Assembly: GCA_035549515.1 (NCBI GenBank)
Contig: DASZQT010000403.1
Coordinates: 1-50,458, forward strand
DNA from: Pseudolabrys sp.
GTDB taxonomy: Bacteria > Pseudomonadota > Alphaproteobacteria > Rhizobiales > Xanthobacteraceae
Direction of reading: 5' to 3'
DNA length: 50,458 nt
Shown here piece after piece: positions 37,839 through 47,392 of the stretch. Position 1 is the stretch's first letter; every line of letters starts with the position of its first letter. Under the pieces are notes generated by a model, which did not search any database, had not been told where the DNA came from, and saw nothing but the letters and a program-made list of their open reading frames with translations. A program made the position numbers and the translations under genes.

Positions 37839-38582
37839 CTAGCGCGCCAAACTGAACCGGTAGTTGAGCCTGGCCGTCACGACATGGACATTGTGTGGCG
37901 CGACATCCCAGAGATAGCTACCAACGCCACCGCCGAGCTCGTAGGAGGCCGAGTTCAAATGCGTGTAATCGTATTCGACTGCCAGGCTCAGCCGAGGCGT
38001 AAAGCCATACTCGAGGCCGGCTCCGACCGTAGGACCGACCACCCAACGGTCGTCGCTGCCGGACCCCGTGAAAGGCCCCACGGTATCGCTTACCGACAAG
38101 CTGACATGGCCAATCGCCAAACCGGCTTTGCCATAGAGCAAAACGTTCTGCCACGCGTATCCCACGCGTCCGGTGAAGGCGAATAGCGCGTCGATCTTGG
38201 TCTCGAACTTGTCGTCCCCGGCACCAAAGAGGCTGGGTGACGTGACTTTAAGCGCGGCCGCGTCGAACATGGCTTCGACGCCGTAGACCAAGGGACCGTT
38301 CTGAAAATTGTAGCCGAACTGGCCGCCGCCAATCGCCCCCGCGCTGCGGTTCGAGAACCAGTCGCCCGGCACAGCGTCGTAGAAGGTCGTGGCCGGCGTA
38401 CTGGCTGTGTTAGTCCAGTCGGAATCGGCGCTTCCCCAGCCGAGATTGACGCCGGCATAGAAGCCGGACCAATCGTAGATCGGCGCAGGTATCGGGGCCT
38501 TAACCGGCAGATCGGCGGCAGAGGCACCCGTGCAGGAAATCCCCACCGCGAACAGTGTGACGCAGACCACGTTCGCACGCAT
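37839..38582 (-). CDS. Outer membrane beta-barrel protein (Omp25/Omp31/RopB family)
   Basis: Signal peptide, AADLPVKAP, WSGFYAGVNLG, GGQFGYNFQ, RVGYAW, GAGLEYG, C-terminal LNYRF. Confidence 0.92.
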   Translation of the reverse strand: MRANVVCVTLFAVGISCTGASAADLPVKAPIPAPIYDWSGFYAGVNLGWGSADSDWTNTASTPATTFYDAVPGDWFSNRSAGAIGGGQFGYNFQNGPLVYGVEAMFDAAALKVTSPSLFGAGDDKFETKIDALFAFTGRVGYAWQNVLLYGKAGLAIGHVSLSVSDTVGPFTGSGSDDRWVVGPTVGAGLEYGFTPRLSLAVEYDYTHLNSASYELGGGVGSYLWDVAPHNVHVVTARLNYRFSLAR

Positions 38583-38783
38583 GACACACCCCCACAGAGC
38601 CCCGTTTACGTGCAGTATACAAACACAGCCCCATCGGCAAACCGGAATCGTGATTACTCACAGGGCGTCCGCGAAAATACAGCTACAACCCTGCCGGGGC
38701 TTGTGAAATCGGGTCATCGGACTATCGTTCGCCGGGCGCGTGCCTGTCACTGTCTCGTGCAACGCCGCGGATTGAAACAGCCC

Positions 38784-39899
38784 ATGTTGCGTAATGCCGT
38801 CATCGCCGCTTCGACACTTTGCATCGCCGCTTTCGGCGCGGCACTCCTGGCCCAGCACGCGCAGGGCCAGGCCAGCGCCGCCGGCACGGCCAAGCCCGCG
38901 CTCTCGTCGGAACGCCTGTGCACACACTATTCCGGTCTGCCCGCCCCATCGACGGACGAGACCCGGCCCGCCGGCATGGCCTGGATTCCGGGCGGAACTT
39001 TCCTCATGGGCTCGAACGACCGCTATCGCGAGGAGCAGCCGCCGCGCTACGCCACGGTCACCGGCTTCTGGATCGACCGCACCGAAGTCACCAATGCGCA
39101 GTTCGCCGCTTTCGTCGCCGCCACCGGCTACAAGACCGTGGCCGAGCGCGGCTTGAGCGCCAAGGACTATCCCGACCTGCCGCCGGATGCGCTGGTGCCG
39201 GGCGCGATGGTTTTCCAGGAGCCGCCGCCGAACCAGCCGGTCCACGTCGACGTGATGGAATGGTGGCACTATGTCCCCGGCGCCAACTGGCGGCATCCCA
39301 AAGGCCCGGGCAGTTCAATCGACGGCATGGAGAACCATCCGGTCGTACAAGTCGCCTATGCCGATGCCGCGGCTTACGCGAAATGGGCCGGCCGCGAGCT
39401 GCCGACCGAGGCCGAGTGGGAATATGCCGCGCGCGGCGGGCTCAACGGCAAGGAATTCGCCTGGGGCGACGAGCAGAGCCCGGACGGCCAGGCCATGGCT
39501 AACACCTGGCAGGGCTTCTTCCCCTACACCGACGACAAGGAGGACGGCTATCACGGCACCGCGCCGGTCGGCTGTTTTCCGCCCAACGGCTACGGCCTGT
39601 TCGACATGATCGGCAATGTCTGGGAATGGGCGAGCGACTGGTACGCGCCCGGCCACAACTTCGCAGACGGCGACGTCGATCCGACCGGGCCGAAGAACCC
39701 GACCAAGACCGCCGGCGGCCTGCTGCACGTCATCAAGGGCGGCTCATGGCTGTGCGCGCCGAATTTCTGCGCGCGCTACCGGCCGGCGGCGCGCCAGCCG
39801 GAGGAAACCGACCTCGGCGCTTCGCATATCGGCTTCCGCACGATTTCGCACGCGCCGGGTCCGGCACCCGACAAGCCTGCCGACACGCCGAAGAAGTAG
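38784..39899 (+). CDS. Formylglycine-generating enzyme (FGE/SUMF1), with N-terminal signal peptide
   Basis: IPGGTFLMGS, TEVTNAQF, HPVVQV, LPTEAEWEYAARGG, NGYGLFDMIGNVWEW, catalytic KGGSWLCAPNFCARYRPAAR. Confidence 0.94.
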   Translation: MLRNAVIAASTLCIAAFGAALLAQHAQGQASAAGTAKPALSSERLCTHYSGLPAPSTDETRPAGMAWIPGGTFLMGSNDRYREEQPPRYATVTGFWIDRTEVTNAQFAAFVAATGYKTVAERGLSAKDYPDLPPDALVPGAMVFQEPPPNQPVHVDVMEWWHYVPGANWRHPKGPGSSIDGMENHPVVQVAYADAAAYAKWAGRELPTEAEWEYAARGGLNGKEFAWGDEQSPDGQAMANTWQGFFPYTDDKEDGYHGTAPVGCFPPNGYGLFDMIGNVWEWASDWYAPGHNFADGDVDPTGPKNPTKTAGGLLHVIKGGSWLCAPNFCARYRPAARQPEETDLGASHIGFRTISHAPGPAPDKPADTPKK

Positions 39900-39917
39900 G
39901 GCCGTGGCTCCTCCATA

Positions 39918-40007
39918 CGTCATGCCCGGCCTTGTACCGGGCATCCACGTCTTGCGACTTTGCAGCAACGAAAGACGTGGATGGCCGGGTCAAGCCCGGC
40001 CATGACG
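39918..40007. repeat. REP-like palindromic element between convergent FGE and sulfatase genes
   Basis: cgtcatgcccggccttgtaccgggcatccacgtctt...aagacgtggatggccgggtcaagcccggccatgacg. Confidence 0.88.
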
Positions 40008-40062
40008 GCGTGGCAAGTCGACTGCCCGTGAACGCCGCTTGCTCCCCGGACCCGCGCCTGCC

Positions 40063-42483
40063 CTACTTGCTGCAGCTCTTCTGCGCCTGTTGCATGAGCC
40101 GGACGTCCGCGCCATCGACCCTGCCGTCGCCGTTGAGATCGCCGCCGCAGAAAATCTGATCGGAGCAGACGCCGGACTGTTTGCGCAGCAACGCCATGTC
40201 GACGGCGGTGATCTTGCCGTCACGATTGAGGTCTGCGCGCTCGCACAGCGTCATGCAGTCGGTGCCGAGATGCGCCTGGATGATGGCGAGATCCTTCTCG
40301 TCTGTCTGGCCGTCGAGATTGATGTCATAGCGGCTCGGCCCCTTGCCGTTGAATGCCTTCCAGTTCTCGATGTCCTGGCGATTGACGCGGCGGTCCAAAT
40401 TTCCGTCGCCCAGCTTTTCGCAACGGTTCTGCGCCTTGGCGTCGGCAAACATACCTTGCAGCTCTTTGTTCAACGCCAGGTAATTCTGCTTGTCGGCCCC
40501 GGTGAGACAGCTCGCGGGATCGGTCTGCCCGGGAATGTAGTTGGGACAACCTTGCGCGACCAGGTTGTCGGCCGCGTTGTCGAGGCCTTTCGGATTCTTC
40601 GGTGCTGGCGTGAGCTTATAAAGCTCCTTCGAAGTCACCGTGTAATATTCGGCCCATGGATAGGGCGGCGGCGGATTGGAGGATGTGACCGGCTTGCTGT
40701 ATTTGCAGTCGATGCTCTCGATCTGCACCAGCTTGTAGAGCTTGTTGCGCAGAGCGAACTGGTGCACCGGCGAGTTTGTCTGATCCGATGAGTTGACATA
40801 TTGCGCCACCGCGCAGCACGAAGTCAGTACGCCGGATTTCTGCGTTGTCCCCGGCCCGTACCAGGTGCCGCCGCCCTCGTCCTCGCACAGCGATTTGCTA
40901 TAGAACAGCGTGTCGATGCAGTAGTTGGCGGACGCGATCCGGCACGGATAGCTGCGCTGCGAGGGATCGGGGTTGTAAGTGCCGATGCCGGTCTGCGTGA
41001 AGTTCGTGGTGCGGATTTCGCTCTGCGCCGGATCGATCAGATAGGGCAGCAACGGCTGGCTGTCGAGCACGCGGCTCGGCGGCACGACCGTTTTCACGTC
41101 GATGCCCGCTATATCACCGAACAGTTGGTATAAGTCGGCCGAGTTGACCATCTTGTCGACGGCGCGGCCGGGCTGCCTAACCATCTTGCCGGCAATGACC
41201 ATCGGCACCCAAACGCCTGTCTGGTATACGCTGGCCTTCGCGCGTAGCGGATTGAAAGGAAAGCGCACCGTCTGCAACAGGCTGCCGTTATCGCCGTAGA
41301 TGACGACGACGGTATTGCCGAGATCGAGCGAAGAGAGCGTGCGGCCGTCACTCTTCAGCTTGCCGAGGCCCATCGAGGCGAGCGTCCGCCCGATGGTCAC
41401 GTCCATGCTCTCGATCATCGTATTGAAGATATGGACGTCCGGGTGCGCCGTGCTGCAGGCGGCCGGGAGGTCTTTCGGATCGGGCACCACGGCGGTCGAC
41501 GGCTTCTGGATCGGCGTGTGTGCTGCGTTGAAGCTCAGGGTCAACATGCGCGGACCGTGCTGCTCCTTCCACCAGCTCACGGCGTCGTCGCCTTGCGCCG
41601 AGGTCAGGAACCGGCGGTCGGTCTGGTTTTGGCAGCTATTGTCGGTCGAAACCGGATCGCGCGCACCGGTGATGTCCGTGTGGCTCCAGACGTAATAGGC
41701 ATTGTAGGTGCCGAAGTCGGAATAGCTCGGCGCATTCACGCCGCAGGCCTTGCCGGGGACGAAGATGCCGCCCTGCTGGAGACAGGTGCGCGCCGGATCG
41801 GTGCCCGGATCGCTGCTGGCGGGCGTGATGACCTTGCAGCGAATGGAATCCGCCGGCGCGGTGTAGCAGGCGCCCGCGACCTTGGTCTGGAAGAAACCGC
41901 AGGCCTGCTTGCCTTGCGGGTCGACACCACCGGCAGTCGGATCGACCGGCGGCGGGCCGCCGGCGATGACGCCATTGAAGCGGTCGAAGCCGCGGGTGAG
42001 CGGCGCGCATTTGCCGGCCGGGTCCTCGTAGTCGCCGAGGTGATATTTGCCGATCAGGGCGCTCTTGTAGCCGGCCTTGGCCAGCACGCGCGGCAGCGTC
42101 GCCTCGAACGACGACACGTAGCCCTGCGGCATCTGATTGTTGAGGATGGCCGCTTCGACGCCGGTGCGCAGCGCGTAACGGCCGGTGAAATTGGTGGAAC
42201 GGCTAGGCGAACATTCCGGCATCGCCCACATATTGGTGAACCGGACGCCGTTGCGAACGATGAGATTGATGTTCGGCGTGAGCGGCGGCCGCTTCACGCT
42301 CGGGTTGAATATCTTGAGTTGGTCGATGCCGACATCGTCGAGGATGATGAAGATGATGTTCGGCTTGGCTGTGGCCGCCGCTTGCGCAGGCTCTCGCAGG
42401 CCGCCGGCCGTGACGACCGTGGCGGCGAGCGCCAAGCTCGCGACGAGGCCGGCCACGAATTTCAAGCGCATGCCCATGGCCAC
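40063..42483 (-). CDS. Secreted Cys-type (formylglycine-dependent) sulfatase with C-terminal dockerin/EF-hand-like repeats (paralog A)
   Basis: Signal peptide; PNIIFIILDD, CSPSR...TGR, GKYHLG, AHTP, GDNG, KASVY; four D-x-N-x-D-x6-D loops at the C-terminus; start may be 42477. Confidence 0.92.
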   Translation of the reverse strand: MAMGMRLKFVAGLVASLALAATVVTAGGLREPAQAAATAKPNIIFIILDDVGIDQLKIFNPSVKRPPLTPNINLIVRNGVRFTNMWAMPECSPSRSTNFTGRYALRTGVEAAILNNQMPQGYVSSFEATLPRVLAKAGYKSALIGKYHLGDYEDPAGKCAPLTRGFDRFNGVIAGGPPPVDPTAGGVDPQGKQACGFFQTKVAGACYTAPADSIRCKVITPASSDPGTDPARTCLQQGGIFVPGKACGVNAPSYSDFGTYNAYYVWSHTDITGARDPVSTDNSCQNQTDRRFLTSAQGDDAVSWWKEQHGPRMLTLSFNAAHTPIQKPSTAVVPDPKDLPAACSTAHPDVHIFNTMIESMDVTIGRTLASMGLGKLKSDGRTLSSLDLGNTVVVIYGDNGSLLQTVRFPFNPLRAKASVYQTGVWVPMVIAGKMVRQPGRAVDKMVNSADLYQLFGDIAGIDVKTVVPPSRVLDSQPLLPYLIDPAQSEIRTTNFTQTGIGTYNPDPSQRSYPCRIASANYCIDTLFYSKSLCEDEGGGTWYGPGTTQKSGVLTSCCAVAQYVNSSDQTNSPVHQFALRNKLYKLVQIESIDCKYSKPVTSSNPPPPYPWAEYYTVTSKELYKLTPAPKNPKGLDNAADNLVAQGCPNYIPGQTDPASCLTGADKQNYLALNKELQGMFADAKAQNRCEKLGDGNLDRRVNRQDIENWKAFNGKGPSRYDINLDGQTDEKDLAIIQAHLGTDCMTLCERADLNRDGKITAVDMALLRKQSGVCSDQIFCGGDLNGDGRVDGADVRLMQQAQKSCSK

Positions 42484-42629
42484 CCCACCCCTTGGCGTCG
42501 CGTATCGCTCGGCGCCGCGCCGCGCCGCGCCCCGATTCTGCGTGAAGCAAACTTGTCGGAGTCGCGAACGCCTCGCAAGAGGCGCGGCGAGCGCCCCTTG
42601 CGCAAGCGGGGTGTCGAACGGCGCGCGGG

Positions 42630-45035
42630 CTATTTCTTGCAGGTCTTCTGCGCCTGCGTCATCAGCCGGACGTCGGAACTGTCGACCTTTTCGTCGCCAT
42701 TGAGATCGCCACCGCAGAAGACCTGGTCCTTACAGGCGCCCTTTTGTTTGTTCAGCAGCGTCATATCGTCGGCATCGACAACGCCGTCGCGATTGAGATC
42801 GGCGCGCTCGCACAAGGTCATGCAATCGGTACCGAGATTGGCCTGGATGATGGCGAGGTCCTTCTCGTCGGTCTGGCCGTCGAGATTGATGTCGTAAACG
42901 CTCGGCCCCTTGCCGTTATAGACCTTCCAGTTGTCGATATCGGTGCGATTGACGCGCAGGTCCATGTTGCCATCGCCCTTGGCGCGGCAATTCTTCTGCG
43001 CGTTGGCGGAGTTCTTCATCTTGGTGAGATCCTGGTTCAACAACGCCAGGGCCTCCTTGTCGATCTTGGTGCACACCTTTCCGGGCGCGCACAACTGGTT
43101 CGTCGTGTTGTCGAGGCCGTTCTTGTTGAGCGAGAGGTCGTAGAGTTCCTGAGTCGGCGCGGCGAGCTGATAGGTCGCCCACGGGAATGCCTTCTGGCTG
43201 GCATTCGTGATCGGTTTGCTGCAATCGAGCCCCTGCAACTCTACGAGCTTGAACTGGAATTGGTTGTTGCTCTTGGAAGGCTTGCCGCGAACGGCGTATT
43301 GATAAATGGGCGCGAGCGCGACGTTGGAATTGCCGTGCTGGGCCCAATATTCCTTGACCAGACAGCAGGAACCAAGTTGGCCCGACTTCTGCGTGGTGCC
43401 CGGTCCGTACCAGGTCCCGCCATTGTCGTTCTCACAGAGCGACTTCGAGTTGACCAACGTGTCGTTACAGAGATTGCCGATCTGGCAAGGCCAACTGCGG
43501 TTTTCCGGCAGCGGGCTGAAGGTACCCGGGCCCAATTGCGAGAAGTTCGTGTGCCGGATCGGCTGCGAATTCGGATTGATCAGGTAAGGCAGCATCGGCT
43601 TTGAGTCGATCACGTGGCTCGGCGGTACCAGCGTGTCGACATTGACGCCGCCGACCGCACCGAACAGCTTATAGAGATCGACGGTGTTGACCATGTCGTC
43701 GACCGCGCGGCCCGGCTTCACCACCATCGGCCCGGCGACGATCATCGGAACCCAGATGCCGGTCTGGTACACCGTGCCCTTGGCCCGTTGCAGGTTGAAC
43801 GGCGCCCGCGCGGCGGCGCCCTGGCTGCCATTGTCGCCCAGGATCACCAGCAAGGTATTGCCGAGATGCAGCGAGGTGAGCGTGCGTCCGTTGGGCGCGA
43901 GCGTGGCAAGCCCGAGATCGGCGAGCGCGCGGCCGATCTGCACGTCGGCCGACTCGATCATCATGTTGAGCAGATCGCGCGGCGGCGTCAGGTTGTTGCA
44001 GGTGCTGCGCGCGTCGCGCGGGTCCGGCACTTCCGTGGTCGGCGGCTTCTGAAGCGGCGTGTGAATCGTGTTGAAGCTCAGCGTCAGCATGCGCGGGCCG
44101 TGCTGCGCCTTCCACCAGGACACGCCGTCCTCGGTTTGCGCGTCGGTCAGGTAACGGCGATCGATTTGCGAGCCGCAGGCATTACCCGGATTGACGTAAA
44201 GCGGATTGAGCGCCTTGGTGATCGTCGTGCGCGGCCACACATAATAGGCGTTGGTGCGGCTGAAGTCGGAGGCGGTCGGCTGCCGCACCCCGCATGCCAC
44301 GTTCGGCACGAAGATGCCGCCATGCTGCAGGCAGGTGCGGGCCGGGTCGGTGTTGGGATCGGCATTGCCGGTGCTGATATAATTGCAACGGATCGAATCG
44401 GCCGGCATCGTGTAGCAGGCGCCTGGCTGCGTCTGATTCTGGAAATAGCCGCAGACCTGGTTTCCGCGCGGATCCACCCCACCCGCGGTCGTGTCCACCG
44501 AATTCGGGCCCGGGTTCATGGAGCCTTTGAAGAAGTCGAACCCGCGCGTCGCCGGCGCGCAATTTAGCGCCGGGTCTTCCTCATTGCCGAGATGGTATTT
44601 GCCGATCAGCGAGGACGTGTAGCCCGCCTTCGCCATCACGCGCGGCAGCGTGGCCTCGAACTGCGACATGTAGGTCTGCGGCAGATGCGCACCCGTGATC
44701 ACCGCGTCGACGCCGGTGCGCAGCGAATAGCGGCCGGTGAACATGGTCGCGCGGCTCGGCGAGCATTCCGGCATGGCCCAGACATTGGTGAAGGTCACGC
44801 CCTTGTTGGCGATGAGCTGGAGGTTGGGGGTATGGGGCGGCGCCACGCCGCCGTTCTGGATGTATTTCAATTTCAACTGGTCGATCCCGACGTCGTCGAG
44901 AATGACAAAGATGATGTTCGGCTTGCTGGGCGCCGCCGCATGCGCCGGAGCGCGCAACCCGCCGGCAGCAAGTGCTGCCGCGCCGATGGCGCCGCTCAAG
45001 GCGATGCCGGCCACCAATTTAAACCGTGTCCCCAT
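42630..45035 (-). CDS. Secreted Cys-type sulfatase with C-terminal dockerin/EF-hand-like repeats (paralog B)
   Basis: Signal peptide; PNIIFVILDD, CSPSRATMFTGR, GKYHLG, IHTP, GDNG, KGTVY; the same four Ca-loop motifs. Confidence 0.92.
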   Translation of the reverse strand: MGTRFKLVAGIALSGAIGAAALAAGGLRAPAHAAAPSKPNIIFVILDDVGIDQLKLKYIQNGGVAPPHTPNLQLIANKGVTFTNVWAMPECSPSRATMFTGRYSLRTGVDAVITGAHLPQTYMSQFEATLPRVMAKAGYTSSLIGKYHLGNEEDPALNCAPATRGFDFFKGSMNPGPNSVDTTAGGVDPRGNQVCGYFQNQTQPGACYTMPADSIRCNYISTGNADPNTDPARTCLQHGGIFVPNVACGVRQPTASDFSRTNAYYVWPRTTITKALNPLYVNPGNACGSQIDRRYLTDAQTEDGVSWWKAQHGPRMLTLSFNTIHTPLQKPPTTEVPDPRDARSTCNNLTPPRDLLNMMIESADVQIGRALADLGLATLAPNGRTLTSLHLGNTLLVILGDNGSQGAAARAPFNLQRAKGTVYQTGIWVPMIVAGPMVVKPGRAVDDMVNTVDLYKLFGAVGGVNVDTLVPPSHVIDSKPMLPYLINPNSQPIRHTNFSQLGPGTFSPLPENRSWPCQIGNLCNDTLVNSKSLCENDNGGTWYGPGTTQKSGQLGSCCLVKEYWAQHGNSNVALAPIYQYAVRGKPSKSNNQFQFKLVELQGLDCSKPITNASQKAFPWATYQLAAPTQELYDLSLNKNGLDNTTNQLCAPGKVCTKIDKEALALLNQDLTKMKNSANAQKNCRAKGDGNMDLRVNRTDIDNWKVYNGKGPSVYDINLDGQTDEKDLAIIQANLGTDCMTLCERADLNRDGVVDADDMTLLNKQKGACKDQVFCGGDLNGDEKVDSSDVRLMTQAQKTCKK

Positions 45036-45239
45036 AACCCCACCCGCTCACTTTGCTTTGCCGGCTCGCTCCCGCAGTCGATCGGCGCGCGCAGGAGCCG
45101 TCCCCGACGGTACTTTGAGGCAGGCTTGCGCATCGAACAAGAGGCGCGGACACGCCGTCCAGAGGAAAGGCTGTATGGTGTGCTTGTTGCGCCGCCGAGC
45201 CGCGCGTCCGCGCGCGCCGACGCCAGCGTTCCAGCGCGA

Positions 45240-45917
45240 TTATGGCGACCGCTCAAGCGCGGCGTCGATGAGCTTGCGGCACTCGGCGAGTTCATCCAGC
45301 GCCCCGCGCAGCGTGTGCCGATGCTCGCTGGCGAGCGCCGTGCGCGGCGGCGCGGGTTCCATTGGCGGCGACTGAGGTTCCCGCGCTTCGGGCGCGACCA
45401 CGCCATGCATCGCGCGGTCGGCCGGCTCGATGCGCGGCATCGGCGTGCTTTCGAGCGGCGGCTCGCACCGCTCGCCCGGCGGCTCGCGCTCGCCGAAATC
45501 GCGGCCGATCAGCGCGCCGAGCCTTCCGCCCAGACCGCGTGGCTCTTCGAGAGCGTCAGCCGATTCGGCCGCTTCGATCTCCACGGCCTCGTCCTCGGCC
45601 GTCTCGCTCGCCTCGCGCGCCCCATGCGGCGGCTGGGTGGCGCCCTCCTCCCACACGATCTGCACGAATTTTATGCCCTGCTCGCGCAGGATGCGCTGTA
45701 CGCCGCGGATGGTGTAGCCCTCGCCGTAAAGCAGATGGCGAATGCCGCGCAAAAGGTCGATGTCGTCGGGCCGGTAATAGCGGCGGCCGCCGCCGCGCTT
45801 CATCGGTTTGATTTCGCGGAAGCGGCTTTCCCAGAAGCGCAAGACATGCTGCGGCAGATCGAGTTCGTCCGCCACTTCGCTGATGGTTCGAAATGCGTCC
45901 GGCGCCTTGTCGTCCAA
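45240..45917 (-). CDS. MerR-family transcriptional regulator (ihfA-linked)
   Basis: [44 protein letters not shown]; TTG start. Confidence 0.92.
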   Translation of the reverse strand: MDDKAPDAFRTISEVADELDLPQHVLRFWESRFREIKPMKRGGGRRYYRPDDIDLLRGIRHLLYGEGYTIRGVQRILREQGIKFVQIVWEEGATQPPHGAREASETAEDEAVEIEAAESADALEEPRGLGGRLGALIGRDFGEREPPGERCEPPLESTPMPRIEPADRAMHGVVAPEAREPQSPPMEPAPPRTALASEHRHTLRGALDELAECRKLIDAALERSP

Positions 45918-45978
45918 AGCGGCCCCACTTCCCTGATGTCGAACCTAATGTCGAAAACGCGTTACCAGACGGAAGATT

Positions 45979-46302
45979 CTAGTCTTCTTCTTCCGTGAGT
46001 TCGCCTTCGGCGTGGCCGTTGATGCGATGCTTGAGGATCGCCGACGGCTTGAACACCATCACCCGGCGCGGCGAGATCGGCACTTCCTTGCCGGTCTTCG
46101 GATTGCGCCCGACACGCTGGCCCTTCTTGCGCACCACGAAGGAGCCGAACGAAGAGAGCTTAACCGTTTCGCCACGCTCGAGGCAGTCGGTGATCTCTTT
46201 GAGCACCAACTCAACAAGGGTCGCCGACTCGGTGCGCGACAGGCCTACCTTCTGGTAGACCGCTTCACACAAGTCCGCCCGCGTCACTGTCTTACCGGTC
46301 AT
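45979..46302 (-). CDS. ihfA: Integration host factor subunit alpha
   Basis: [33 protein letters not shown]; downstream of fabH. Confidence 0.97.
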   Translation of the reverse strand: MTGKTVTRADLCEAVYQKVGLSRTESATLVELVLKEITDCLERGETVKLSSFGSFVVRKKGQRVGRNPKTGKEVPISPRRVMVFKPSAILKHRINGHAEGELTEEED

Positions 46303-46344
46303 CGCCTGCCCTGCCCCCGGCGAAGGTATCCCGCTGAATTATCA

Positions 46345-46373
46345 ACGATATTAGTATGATGCGGGCCGGTCAA
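46345..46373 (-). promoter_or_regulatory. Putative sigma-70 promoter of ihfA
   Basis: Minus strand TTGACC-N17-TATCGT. Confidence 0.55.
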
Positions 46374-46414
46374 CGGGAAAACGGCCAACCCCTGTGCGAA
46401 CCGGTGGCTTCTTC

Positions 46415-47392
46415 TTACCACCGCAGCAGCGCCGATCCCCAGGTAAAGCCCCCGCCCATGGCTTCCAACAGGATCAGATTGCCGCGTTTGATGCGCCGAT
46501 CGGCTACTGCATCGGCCAAAGCGAGCGGGATCGAAGCCGCCGAGGTGTTGCCGTGGCGGTCGACGGTGACCACCACCTTGTCCGGCGCGATGCCGAGCTT
46601 GTGCGCCGAGCCGTCGATGATTCGCTTGTTGGCCTGATGCGGCACGAACCAGTCGATGTCGCCGGCATTCAGCCCGGTGGCATTGAAGGCGTCGTAGATC
46701 ACGTCGGTGATCATGGCGATGGCGTGCTTGAACACCTCGCGGCCTTCCATGCGCAGGTGACCGACGGTCTGGGTCGAGGACGGACCGCCGTCGACATAGA
46801 GCTTGGCCTTGTGACGGCCGTCCGAACGCAGATGGGTGGAGAGAAGGCCGCGGTCGGCATTGGTCCCGGATGCTTCCTGGGCCTCCAGCACCAGCGCGCC
46901 GGCGCCATCGCCGAACAGCACGCAGGTGGTGCGGTCGTTCCAGTCGAGAATGCGCGAGAAGGTCTCGGCGCCGATCACCAGCGCGCGCTTATAAATGCCC
47001 GAGCGCAACAGCGAGTCGGCCACCTGCAGGGCGTAGACGAAGCCCGAGCAGACCGCCTGCAGGTCGAAGGCCGCACCATGGTTGATGCCGAGCCGGGCCT
47101 GCACCGATACGGCGGTGGCCGGAAAGGTCTGGTCCGGCGTGGCGGTGGCCAGCACGATCAGGTCGATCGAGGAGGCCGCGACATGGGCGTGGTCGAGCGC
47201 GGCACGCGCGGCGTTGTAAGCGAGATCGGAGGTCAGTTCGCCGGGCGCCGCGATATGGCGCTCGCGGATGCCGGTGCGCTGCACGATCCATTCGTCGGTG
47301 GTCTCCACCGAGCGGGCCAGTTCGTCATTGCTGAGGATTCGCGCCGGCAAATAGCTGCCGCAGCCAAGCACGACTGAACGCAAGGTGGTCAC
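46415..47392 (-). CDS. fabH: Beta-ketoacyl-ACP synthase III
   Basis: [17 protein letters not shown] (catalytic Cys), [28 protein letters not shown]; GTG start overlapping the plsX stop. Confidence 0.96.
   Translation of the reverse strand: MTTLRSVVLGCGSYLPARILSNDELARSVETTDEWIVQRTGIRERHIAAPGELTSDLAYNAARAALDHAHVAASSIDLIVLATATPDQTFPATAVSVQARLGINHGAAFDLQAVCSGFVYALQVADSLLRSGIYKRALVIGAETFSRILDWNDRTTCVLFGDGAGALVLEAQEASGTNADRGLLSTHLRSDGRHKAKLYVDGGPSSTQTVGHLRMEGREVFKHAIAMITDVIYDAFNATGLNAGDIDWFVPHQANKRIIDGSAHKLGIAPDKVVVTVDRHGNTSAASIPLALADAVADRRIKRGNLILLEAMGGGFTWGSALLRW

Noticed and set aside
45036-45239. attR copy of the tRNA-Pro 3' end
   Set aside because: Only a short GC-rich resemblance (gccgtccccgac) is present, which is expected by chance.
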